Shown in pieces: positions 38,594 to 49,300 of a stretch of DNA of 64,000 nucleotides. Position 1 is the stretch's first letter. Every line of letters begins with the position of its first letter. The notes below the pieces were generated by a model, which was not told the origin of the DNA, made no database searches, and was given only the letters and a program-made list of their open reading frames with translations. This DNA is from Setoptus koraiensis (lineage: Eukaryota; Animalia; Arthropoda), in assembly GCA_048013815.1 (NCBI GenBank), contig CM106586.1, positions 4,774,001 through 4,838,000 of the forward strand, read 5' to 3'. The translations under genes were made by a program, and so were the position numbers.

Positions 38594-39276
38594 CGCTCCT
38601 GTACGCCACCATTTTCGGTCATGTCACCACCATCATACAGCAGATGATGTCGGCCACGGCCAGATATCATGACATGCTGAACAACGTTAGAGAATTTATG
38701 AAATTACACGAAGTGCCTCATACTCTGAGAGAGCGCGTGATGGATTATGTTGTCAGCACTTGGGCCATGACCAAGGGCATCGACTCAAAGAAGGTGCTCA
38801 GTTATGTGCCCAAGGATATGAACGCCGATATTTGTGTCCATTTAAACAGGAAAGTGTTCAACGAACATCCCGCCTTTAGACTGGCCAGCGACGGTTGCTT
38901 GCGCGCCCTCGCCACAGAATTTGTTATGGATCATAGCGCGCCAGGTGATTTGTTGTATCATGTTGGCGAAGTGATTGAATCATTGTGTTTTGTTGTCAGT
39001 GGCTCGCTAGAGGTCATACAAGACGAAGAAGTGGTGGCCATTTTAGGCAAGGGCGACGTATTTGGGGACGCCTTTTGGCAATATCCCGAGCCAGATCCAA
39101 AAGATAATATGAACCCGCCGCCCGAGTATACGTCGACGGCAAACGTGAGAGCGCTCACCTATTGTGATTTGCATGCCATTAAACGGGAGGGATTGATGCG
39201 GGTCTTGAACAGTCATCGCACATTCAGGACCTCGTTCTCTAACCGGCTCATACTGACCTACAATTTGCGCAACAGG
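38594..39276 (+). CDS. eag: Eag exon: S6 end, C-linker and cyclic-nucleotide-binding homology domain
   Basis: [17 protein letters not shown]...[16 protein letters not shown]...GKGDVFGD...[11 protein letters not shown]...LTYNL (intrinsic-ligand motif); aacAG acceptor, GTAAGC donor at 39277. Confidence 0.97.
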
Positions 39277-39383
39277 GTAAGCCACCAATCCACTCAACAA
39301 CTGATAATCATAATAATTTCATAATATTATAAATTATGATATGATAAATAATACTATTGAATCAATGTTTTCGCTCCCGTTAG

Positions 39384-40036
39384 ATAATCTTCCGCAAGGT
39401 GGCCGACCTGAAACACGAACAAGAACTGGACGAAATGCAACAGAATCATCCGCAACCGGAAATAAGCCAAAATCACATGATCAGACGGTTGGTGTCGAAA
39501 TTCCGCAAACCGTCCGACGCAACAGCGGCAACGCTACTCGGTAGCGCTAGCTCCAATACCCTCCAGGTACCGCCCGCTCACTTGCCCACCATCAGCGGCT
39601 CGGTCAGTATCGACATAGATCCGTCGGCCACCACAAAGCCGGGCGACTCCGCTACGGGCGGCCAGCGAAGCGGCACCTCTAGCCTAGAGGGCGCCCATCA
39701 TCAGCCCGTGGCATTGCCCAATATTCAGCGCAGCCTCATGGGCAGCAAGAGCCGCTGGTCGCAATTGGTGGCGTCGGCGGCCGCGGGTGCCGGGTCCGCT
39801 GGCGCTGCGGCGGCGGCCGCCGCCGCCGCAAAGCCGGCTCAGTCAACTTATACGGCGCCAACATCAAACCTTCGCGCCCTGTTGGACATACAAGGCGAGG
39901 ATGGCAGCGGCTCGAACTCGGGCCAGAACGCCGAGCAAGCGGGCGCCAGGCGCGACGGTGACGACGAGCTCGACGAAAATTACCTTCGTCCCGGCGGCAA
40001 GGGTCACCAGGCCATTCTGGACAACATGGACAAAAG
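39384..40036 (+). CDS. eag: Eag exon: post-CNBHD region
   Basis: IIFRKVADLKHEQEL...NHMIRRLVSKFRK, similar to Drosophila Eag; gttAG acceptor, GTGAGC donor at 40037. Confidence 0.9.
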
Positions 40037-40198
40037 GTGAGCGCGCCAGAACCTGTTCTCCAGAACTCGTGGGCATTTTCTCTAGAATCCAGTTGAGAGT
40101 TTCTGCAGAGTTGGCCGCTCTGCGGATCCGCGTTTCCGGCCACTCGATCGAATGTAAACTAACGCACACTTAATATCCCCTTTGCCCCCTCTGTGCAG

Positions 40199-41408
40199 GT
40201 CTGCCAGCGGCGTGGGTTACCATGGCGGACGCGGCCAAGATCAACTGACGTCGCCCATGAGGGGCCCGCCAAGAGTGGAGATCGTGTCGAGGAAATCAGA
40301 TCACATTTGTGTTGTTCGGGACGTGCCAGAATTGCGCGGCTCCTGGCACCAGCGCCAATCTAGCGTGCAATCTCTGGGCGGGGGCGCCCAACCAATGGCG
40401 CCCAGCGCGGGCGTACCGCAAACGCACACCATCGAACCTGTGGCTCATGTGGCCAGCAAGCCCAGCCTGGCCAATCTGTTCAAGAGGCCGGCCCCCATTA
40501 AAGAGGAGCCCACAACGCCGGGCGGAACGCTGGCCGGCGAAACGAGCCCCAAACTGGCCAAGTCGGCCGGCCTGCTAGCTGGCGGCCTGAAGCGTGATAA
40601 ATCACCCGCTGGCGGCGCCGCAGCCGGAACTGGCGCTGGCGAGCAGGGCTCTGCAGGGACAGCAAGCAAAGAATTGGCCCAATTGATCACACTGATGAAT
40701 GGCTTGAGATCGGATTTCAAGGGCGACATTGGCGAACTGTCGAAACGCTTGGATTCTGTTGATGAAAAATTCAAACAAATCAATTCGTCGCTATCAAACA
40801 TTCAACAAACTGCTGCAACGTCGCCATCTAGCTACCTTCCAATCACCAATTTAGTTGGCGCGGATGCAGCGCCAACACTCACAACAACTATGCAAACAAT
40901 TACAAAAACACAAACAGGTGCCCCTGGCGAGCACCATCATCATCATCATCGGCACGGGCACCAGTCGACGATAAACTCTCAATTGAGAACTAGACCAGAC
41001 ACAACTTCTATACCTCACGACACTATTCGGGTCACATCACCAGCGACCAACATCAAATTAGATAAGGGCGATCCGTCAACAACAACAACAACAACAGCTA
41101 CAACAACGGCCTCTATACAAGCCTCGCATACAACAACGTCCACCGTTAGAGCTAGATCTCCTCACAAGCATCATCATCATCACCATCATCACAAAAAGGC
41201 ACCCCCGGCAAGCGATCAGCCGTCGGCACAACAACCACAACCACAACAACCACAAACAACCACTAGTTCTGATGGCACTTTCAAAAGCATAAACACAACA
41301 CCATCAACTACCTCATTGCATCATAGATTGATGAAGTCTAGAGTTTTAGAGGATAAGTCGGATCATGATGTGTCAGATGATGAACAAGATGAGACGAGTA
41401 AATTGTGA
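40199..41408 (+). CDS. eag: Eag terminal exon: low-complexity tail with coiled-coil assembly segment; stop TGA at 41406-08
   Basis: tgcAG acceptor, phase 2 matches the upstream exon; heptad segment LAQLITLMNGLRSDFKGDIGELSKRLDSVDEKF. The nine exons sum to 3878 nt, i.e. 2 nt plus 1292 codons. Confidence 0.88.
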
Positions 41409-41693
41409 TAACAAACAAACAAACAAACATACAAACTTACAAAAGCTTCTTACATATACATCAACATTTACACTCATTTTAACACACACATACACTAATT
41501 AAATACAATTGACTGATTTGACGATTTATTTGATCTCAATAGACGTCAAGTATTTGATCGATCTTTGATCAAAATTGTCGGTCCTCTTTTTTTCTAAAAT
41601 CAAATCAATTTCATGTCATATAATCTTATAGATAGAATGGCGCTTGTTACATCCCCAAGTCCATATTTTTTAATGTTTTAACTAGGATAATAC

Positions 41694-41756
41694 AATAAAT
41701 AATAATGTTTAGATTGCATTAGTTTATGTGTGGTCTTTATTGAATGAAGTAATAAA
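41694..41756 (+). terminator. Candidate eag polyadenylation signals (AATAAA at 41694 and 41751)
   Basis: Two AATAAA hexamers about 300 nt after the eag stop in an AT-rich 3' region. Confidence 0.45.
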
Positions 41757-42144
41757 ATTCATGAAAACAAAAAAAAAGTTTCCCTACACCGATTCCATTC
41801 TGAAATTGCCAAGCTAGTTCGTTTGTATAAGAGCGCTATTATCTCATCTATATATGAGTATTTCAAGAGATCCTTGTCTGGGAGCGATGGCAGGTGCAAT
41901 CAAGTCAAGTTAATATCTGCTTCGGTGATCGAAATGAAGCTTTGTCTGACATTTGGCATTGAATTTCTTTCGACAGAAGCTCTAAATTAAGATCTGATAG
42001 TCGTCTTTTTTGGTGAAATCGTCCCATAGCCTATAAGTCACGTCTAGACAAATTCCATCGACTAGACAGTTGAAATGCACGAAAACGTTCAAAAATAGAC
42101 TCTCGAAATCGGCTGAAAAATGAAGTGAGCTCGTCGATCCATAG

Positions 42145-42182
42145 TATAAATAGCGGCAGGTTTCTATTGCGAAGCCTCAGTT
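42145..42182 (+). promoter_or_regulatory. Core promoter of orphan copy 1: TATAAATA + initiator TCAGTT
   Basis: TATA at 42145-52 and arthropod Inr consensus TCAGTT at 42177-82, 60 nt before the ATG; identical arrangement in copy 2. Confidence 0.7.
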
Positions 42183-42238
42183 GTTCTTATAGAAAATAGG
42201 AACATATAGCATAAAAGTTCCCAAATAAAATCTTCGAA

Positions 42239-43729
42239 ATGGCTCCGATGAAGCTGCTCACCATTGTGTGTCTGGCATGTCTACTTTACACGTCCAACGC
42301 CCAGGACTTCAGCAAAGAACAATGCGTTTCATCAGTGAAAACACTGAAGACAATTCCTGAATTTCAATCTTTTGCCGATCTAGCGCTTCGCTCTGGGAAA
42401 AGTGAGATTCTCAACAGGTGCATTCGCAGCGTTGATGGTCTTGGTGATATCCGGGCATTGAACGATATTGTCGAGCTAGCTGGATCAGTACATTCTGTGT
42501 GCGAGCCAGACTTTACAGATCAATTGCTCAAATTAGACAAACAATTAAAAGTCAATGCGAGCAATGGAAAACATCTGAGACGCAAACAAAAGAATAGACT
42601 GACTCGCTTCTTGCGACTCTTTTCAGGCCAAGTTGCATTGACTTGCAAGAAATCTTTGGCACAAAAATTACAATCGGCAGAGGATGGTAATGCTGAAGTA
42701 GTCGCAAGCCTGGACACAGTGATCGCCATGTCGGAAAAGCAGAAGGCCCAACGCAACGAAGATTGGGCTAAGAATCTACCTAAAGGCTCGCGCAAATTGT
42801 TGATTTTTGCTATGAAACACACTCCAAATGTTTTCACAAAAGTAGAAAATCTCATACTGACTGAGTCACTGAAACCCACGCCAGAATCTCAGTTTTCTAT
42901 TGGTATGACATTGAGCTCGGAGAGCATGGTAGAAGAATTTGTTAAAACCAAAAAGGCGTGCATGCTGATTGATGAATTTGCACAAAGCTCGATATACACG
43001 ATTCCCCGACTGGCTTGGAGAGGATATTTGGCACAAAACGAAGCTGAAAACTTGGATAGAAGCCTGATCGAAGATTCAAGGGTCCAGAAATGGATCAAAG
43101 CCGTGCAATTCTGTCAGGGTGTTCTTCTGATTGAGGCCAATCTAGATTTGGAGAGTGACGTCGCTGATGAAATTGAAGAAGAAGTGCTGAATGATGAAAG
43201 TTTATTCAACCTCAATATGTGCAGAAACAATCATCCGGATAAAGCGGTGCACAAATTTGAGCAAGCCGACAATTTCAAGTCGTTTGACGCCGATCTCAAA
43301 TGTTACACTCAATCGAACGGACTGACCGGATGGATGCAGAGACGCTTTGGTTCCATGACAGAAAATGCAGTGTCGAAACTTGTGACGGTGAACGTTCTCG
43401 ACGAGTCAATCAGGACGTTGATGGAAAATCAAGAGGACCCGGAAAATGAGGTCCGATTCGGCTCTCTGGCAACCACTGGTCACTCAATGGCAGTCCCAGC
43501 AGCTCATCATGTTGCACATCACGGTCTGCATTTGTTTGGTCTCAGTCATTCTGCTTCGATAGCGGTATACTTTGCATTAATCATTGGAGTTATCATACTA
43601 TTTATCATCGGTATTTTTACATCTGTTAGATCTACCGCTAAACAATATCAATGTAGTCATCATCCACTCCCATCCACTGCTGGGCCAAAAAAAAGATTTA
43701 GCGGAATGACTATTTTTGGCCGATATTAA
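42239..43729 (+). CDS. Intronless orphan 496-aa protein: signal peptide, Cys-containing helical ectodomain, C-terminal TM helix
   Basis: MAPMKLLTIVCLACLLYTSNA signal-like N-terminus; IAVYFALIIGVIILFIIGIFTSV hydrophobic segment; TATA/Inr upstream, AATAAA downstream, and a paralog with a conserved frame. Family not recognised. Confidence 0.88.
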   Translation: MAPMKLLTIVCLACLLYTSNAQDFSKEQCVSSVKTLKTIPEFQSFADLALRSGKSEILNRCIRSVDGLGDIRALNDIVELAGSVHSVCEPDFTDQLLKLDKQLKVNASNGKHLRRKQKNRLTRFLRLFSGQVALTCKKSLAQKLQSAEDGNAEVVASLDTVIAMSEKQKAQRNEDWAKNLPKGSRKLLIFAMKHTPNVFTKVENLILTESLKPTPESQFSIGMTLSSESMVEEFVKTKKACMLIDEFAQSSIYTIPRLAWRGYLAQNEAENLDRSLIEDSRVQKWIKAVQFCQGVLLIEANLDLESDVADEIEEEVLNDESLFNLNMCRNNHPDKAVHKFEQADNFKSFDADLKCYTQSNGLTGWMQRRFGSMTENAVSKLVTVNVLDESIRTLMENQEDPENEVRFGSLATTGHSMAVPAAHHVAHHGLHLFGLSHSASIAVYFALIIGVIILFIIGIFTSVRSTAKQYQCSHHPLPSTAGPKKRFSGMTIFGRY

Positions 43730-43777
43730 AGAGGAGTAGAAAGAGCAAAGTTACATAATCCATTCTTATTTTAAAAC

Positions 43778-43783
43778 AATAAA
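43778..43783 (+). terminator. Polyadenylation signal of orphan copy 1
   Basis: AATAAA 49 nt after the stop. Confidence 0.55.
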
Positions 43784-44258
43784 TCTGTCAAAACCAGGTT
43801 AAAATGCCTTGAATATTTCCGCTAATCCGATGTGAGAAGAGACCATATTCGCCAGTTAATTGTTATAACAAACTTACAAGACTTTCCTTTCACCCATTCA
43901 GAGCTTGGCAGTTTGAGACTGCCAAGCTAGTTCGCTTGTAGAAGAGCGCTATTATCTACCTCTTCTCTATATATGAATATTTCAAGAGATCCTTGTAACA
44001 GGGCGATGGCAGGTGCAATCAAGTCAAGTTAATATCTGCTTCAGTGATCGAAATGAAGCTTTGTCTGACATTTGGCATTGAATTTCTTTCGACAGAAGCT
44101 CTAAATTAAGATCTGATAGTCGTCTTTTTTGGCGAAATCGTCCTATAGCCTATAAGTCACGTCTAGACAAATTCCAGCGACCAGACAGTCGCACGAAAAC
44201 GTTCAAAAATAGAACCACGAGAACGGCTGAAAAATGAAGCTAGCTCGCCGATCCATAG

Positions 44259-44296
44259 TATAAATAGCGGCAGGTTTCTATTGCGAAGCCTCAGTT
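44259..44296 (+). promoter_or_regulatory. Core promoter of orphan copy 2: TATAAATA + TCAGTT
   Basis: Same motifs and spacing as copy 1. Confidence 0.7.
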
Positions 44297-44435
44297 GTTC
44301 TTATAGAAAATAGGAACATATAGAACAATGTTTTTCCAGCAAACTTGAAAAAGTTTAGTTGTTCCATATTTGATTCAAAAAAATAGAAAAAAAAAGTCGC
44401 ATCTAACATAAAAGTTCCCAAATAAAATCATCGAA

Positions 44436-45503
44436 ATGGCTCTGATGCAATTGTTCGCCATCGTGTGTCTGACATGTCTAATTTACACGTCCAACGCCCA
44501 GGACTTCAGCAAAGAACAATGCGTTTCATCAGTGAAAACACTGAAGACAATTCCTGAATTTCAATCGTTTGCGGATCTAGCGCTTCGCTCTGGGAAAAGT
44601 GAGATTCTCAACAGGTGCATTCGCAGCGTTGATGGTCTTGGTGATATCCGGGCATTGAACGATATTGTCGAGCTAGCTGGATCAGTACATTCTGTGTGCG
44701 AGCCAGACTTTACAGATCAATTGCTCAAATTAGACAAACAATTAAAAGTCAATGCGAGCAATGGAAAACATCTGAGACGCAAACAAAAGAATAGACTGAC
44801 TCGCTTCTTGCGACTCTTTTCAGGCCAAGTTGCATTGACTTGCAAGAAATCTTTGGCACAAAAATTACAATCGGCAGAGGATGGTAACGCTGGAGTAGTC
44901 GCAAGCCTGGACACAGTGATTGCCATGTCGGAAGAGGCCCAACGCAATGAAGATTGGGCTAAGAATCTACCGAAGAGCTCGCGCAAATTGTTGAGTCTTG
45001 TTATGCGATACTCTCCAAATGTCTTCACAAAAGTAGAAAATCTCATGCTGACTGAGTCACTGAAACCCACACCAGAATCTCAGTTTTCCACAAGTGTGAC
45101 ATTGAGCTCGGAGAGCATGGTAGAAGAATTTGTTAAAACCAAAAAGGCGTGCATGCTGATTGATGAATTTGCACAAAGCTCGATATACACGATTCCCCGA
45201 CTGGCTTGGAGAGGATATTTGGCACAAAACGATGCTGAAAATTTAGATAGAAGCCTGATCGAAGATCCAAGAGTCCAGAAATGGATCAGAGCCGTGCAAT
45301 TTTGTCAGGGTGTTCTTTTTATTGAGGCCAATCTAGATTTGGAGGGTGACTTGGTTGAGAAAATTAAAAAAGATGTCCGAAATGATGGAAGTTTATTCAC
45401 CGTCAATCTGTACAAGAATAATCAGCCGAGTAAAACCGTCCACAAATTTGAGCAAGCTGACAATTTCAAATCGTTTGACGCTGATCTCAAATGTTACACA
45501 CAA
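44436..45503 (+). CDS. Orphan paralog copy 2, 356 codons visible, 3' end lost in the assembly gap
   Basis: Collinear with copy 1 aa 1-358 apart from one 6-nt deletion; open up to the Ns. Confidence 0.85.
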
Positions 45504-46003
45504 NNNNNNNNNNNNNNNNNNNNNNNNNNNNNNNNNNNNNNNNNNNNNNNNNNNNNNNNNNNNNNNNNNNNNNNNNNNNNNNNNNNNNNNNNNNNNNNNN
45601 NNNNNNNNNNNNNNNNNNNNNNNNNNNNNNNNNNNNNNNNNNNNNNNNNNNNNNNNNNNNNNNNNNNNNNNNNNNNNNNNNNNNNNNNNNNNNNNNNNNN
45701 NNNNNNNNNNNNNNNNNNNNNNNNNNNNNNNNNNNNNNNNNNNNNNNNNNNNNNNNNNNNNNNNNNNNNNNNNNNNNNNNNNNNNNNNNNNNNNNNNNNN
45801 NNNNNNNNNNNNNNNNNNNNNNNNNNNNNNNNNNNNNNNNNNNNNNNNNNNNNNNNNNNNNNNNNNNNNNNNNNNNNNNNNNNNNNNNNNNNNNNNNNNN
45901 NNNNNNNNNNNNNNNNNNNNNNNNNNNNNNNNNNNNNNNNNNNNNNNNNNNNNNNNNNNNNNNNNNNNNNNNNNNNNNNNNNNNNNNNNNNNNNNNNNNN
46001 NNN
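45504..46003. other. Assembly gap, exactly 500 N
   Basis: Run of N; the round size suggests a placeholder rather than a true length. Confidence 0.99.
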
Positions 46004-46314
46004 CGCTCCCATTCTCCCCCATCACTAGAATTATCTCAACCTAATGGCAAGTTGTGCGCTCAGGGGTCGGCATCAGCTATCGTCCCCTATTTCAAATGTT
46101 TATAAACGCAAGTGTATGTATTTATATAGATTGTGATGATAGTGTTGATGTTTTTTCGGCTATATAATCTTGGTAAACAACCGGATCGAATAACATCCGA
46201 CTATCCTCATCTATGTTAAATAATTATAAGATAGAAACACAATTATTTATCAACTATTAATATCGGTTTTGTGTTAACATTTATTTCTACAATACAACAA
46301 CAACAACAACCGAT

Positions 46315-49300
46315 ATGGCAGCCTCATTCAAAACAATTGTGGACAAGTTGAGGAGCAAACATGATGAGGAACGTTTAAGAGCCGCTCAGCAACTCTATCA
46401 CTATGTCACGAATGAGGTCCAAGGAAAACCGTTAGAGTTTATTAAAACATTTATCGAAGATATCAATCAACAGATATTGCAATTGTTACAAACCAATTCA
46501 AATATTGACGAAAAGAAAGGTGGCCTATTAGCTATTATAACTTTGATTAGTGTAGATGTTGGTGATAGAAAGACACAATGCATTAAATTTGCCAATATAT
46601 TGCGCGATCTACCAGTTGCCACTGATACAGCGCTTATGGAATTAGAAGCATTTACAGTTGGTAAAATATCTGCCGCTTCGGGCTCACTAACGGCTAGTTA
46701 TGTAGAATATGAGGTCACTAGAGCTATTGAATGGTTAAGAACGGATCAGTTGGATAAACAATTATTTAAAAAACATTGTGCTGTATTAAGGCTCAGAGAA
46801 TTGGCCAATTTCGCGCCGGCATTCTTCTTTCAGCACATGAATCAATTTTTCGATTGTATATTTATCGCTATCTGTGATCAGAAACTATGGATAAGAGATT
46901 CAGGTGTTGATGCCTTAAGATCAGCCTTATACGTCCTAGTGAGCAGGGAAACAGAGGAAAATCAAAATCCCAGGTGGTATGATCATTGTTACAAAGAGGC
47001 TATCAAGAATATTGTAGATCCACCTGACATAAATCTTCTCTCCAGCAAAGACAGAGGTATTCATGAAGATAAAGTTCATGGCTCTCTGATGGTTCTCAAC
47101 GAACTCTTCCGTTACAGCAATGCAGAATGCGAGAAAGTGTTTCAAAACATTGAGGACAATGTTTTAGCGCAAGGTTGCAATGACTACTACTTTACTACCA
47201 GTGATGGCTCAATTAACAATGCTAATCAAAATGGATCAAATGGCTCGCGAGCTTATAGCATTAATGGCATACCACCCAACAGCCCAAATCAGACACACCA
47301 ACAACAACCAATGTTTGCCTCACCGGCTTATATGAGCGGCAGTGGTGGCAGCTTTCATCCATCTTTAGTCAATCTAACATCATCTCCATATCTAAACACA
47401 TTTTTACCTACAACTCCGCCACAATCAACTCATCTGTACTTTATGACTCCATTATCATCATCCCCAGCACCTATTCTATCATCGTTAAATACTATTCCAT
47501 ATTCTAATACACCACCAACACACAATCAACATGCGCATAGATATGCCCCATTTAGTAGTTTAGCCAGACTAGCAACAAGTTTTCGTCATCAAAGAAGACA
47601 ATCTCAACCAACTTCTTTTATCAGTAACTTTAATGGTACACAATCGCAGCAACCTAATAGAAATGGCCAATATACCAACCATAGACCTTCTGTTATTTCA
47701 TTACCTCACGGTCCAAACATACTAGCTTCTAGCGCTTCCTCAAATAGTCATTTGAGCCCTCATCATCAACATCATCCAAGTCAATCGAGTCAAACTATGT
47801 TTTCTTCATCTACAATGTTAAATCCTAGCACACCAATATCAACGAGGCGAATGACCTATGAAAGTCCAATATGTCATCAATTATTGAGTGATAATTTTAC
47901 ATATATCTGTGATTTGGTCATGAAACAGAAATCTTCAAGGAATCCCAACATTAATCATATCCTTTTGATTCTGATACCTAGATTGGCAGCGTTCAAGCCG
48001 GATTATTTCATTGAACATCACTTGACAGAAACTATTAATCATCTACTCAACGGTATCAAATCAGGACGAGAAAGATCTATATTTTTTATATCTATAGGAT
48101 TGTTAGCGTTCGGAGTGAGAGATAAACTCCGTCCACATCTGCCAAAGATTATGGATTCAATCAGAAACTGTCTCTCGTCTAAAGATCAGAGACAACGAAG
48201 GAGTACAGGACCGAAGCCGATCGAACCGTCTGTTTTCATTTGTGTGAGCTTGTTAGCGCAAGCGTTGGGTCATATTATAGAACCCGAAATCAGATCTCAG
48301 AACATACTAGATCAGATGACGCAGACCGGCTTGAGCCCATCTCTTGCCTCTGCTTTTTTAGAGCTATCTATTCAAATGCCCCAGCTAAGGAAGAAGATTC
48401 ACAATCACTTGCTCGAGATGTTATCACTTGTACTTATGCAAAAGCCATTCAGTTATCCTGGTTTAATGAATCAGTATAGTTCAAATACTCATATATCTAG
48501 TGTTAGTGCAATCCGACCAATTAATCCTGTTGATCAGCCAGAGAATGTTCACAACATCACACTTGCTTTGAGGATATTAGCCAGGTTTGACTTCCATAGT
48601 ATGTTTACAATGCAATTCGCTACGCATTGTTCTGAACACTATCTATCCAGTGAAATAAGAGAAATCAGATTGGAAACTGTGAAAACTTGTTGCCAGCTCT
48701 TATTGCCCGCTATAATCAGAAATCAAAATAAGTATAGTGCCACACTTGTTGATTCTATTCAAAATGTTCTTCATAGACTGCTTATCACAAGTGTTACAGA
48801 TACAGATCCTGAAGTGAGATATTTTGTTCTGGCCTCAATATCGCAAAAATTTGACCATCATCTATCTCAAGAAACCAACTTAGATTGTCTATTTCTATGC
48901 CTAAATGAAGAAATATTTGAGATCAGAGAACTGGCAGTTTGTTTGATAGGAAGATTAAGCAGCTTGAATCCTGGATATATACTGCCTAGATTGAGAAAAG
49001 TCTTATTGAATTTTGTAAATGAATTGAGATATTCCGGAATGCCAAGAAACAAAGAACAAGCTGCTCGAATGCTTGGTCAGTTATTCAAACACGCTCCAGC
49101 TTTGATGAAAGCCTACACAGAACCCGTCATAAGTGAATTTTTGCACCAACTTCAAGATAATACGAACTATCCTAATGCAACTATCAGCGTTTTGTTGGCT
49201 ATCGGTCAGCAGGCACAGGTGAGCGGCATAGAGCTCATGAAACACATCGACGAATTGTTAGTTATTTTATTACAAAGTATTCAAGACCCAACATCTGAAA

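Larger units (their letters stand above)
41807..45503 (+). repeat. Tandem segmental duplication (unit about 2.1 kb: upstream region + orphan gene)
   Basis: 41807-43312 aligns with 43920-45503, including about 430 bp of upstream non-coding sequence. Confidence 0.95.

Noticed and set aside
43902-43931. Hairpin followed by CTAG|T as a Helitron 3' end
   Set aside because: The CTAG overlaps the stem instead of lying about 10 nt downstream, and no 5' TC end or Rep/helicase sequence is seen.
46004-46040. Minus-strand VEIILVMGENGS, like a Walker A motif (ABCE1-type EIxVMLGENGTG)
   Set aside because: Only 12 codons, preceded by an in-frame stop, upstream sequence unlike ABCE1, and cut by the gap.
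45346-46105. ORFs of 172-530 aa spanning the gap
   Set aside because: Artefacts of translating Ns.
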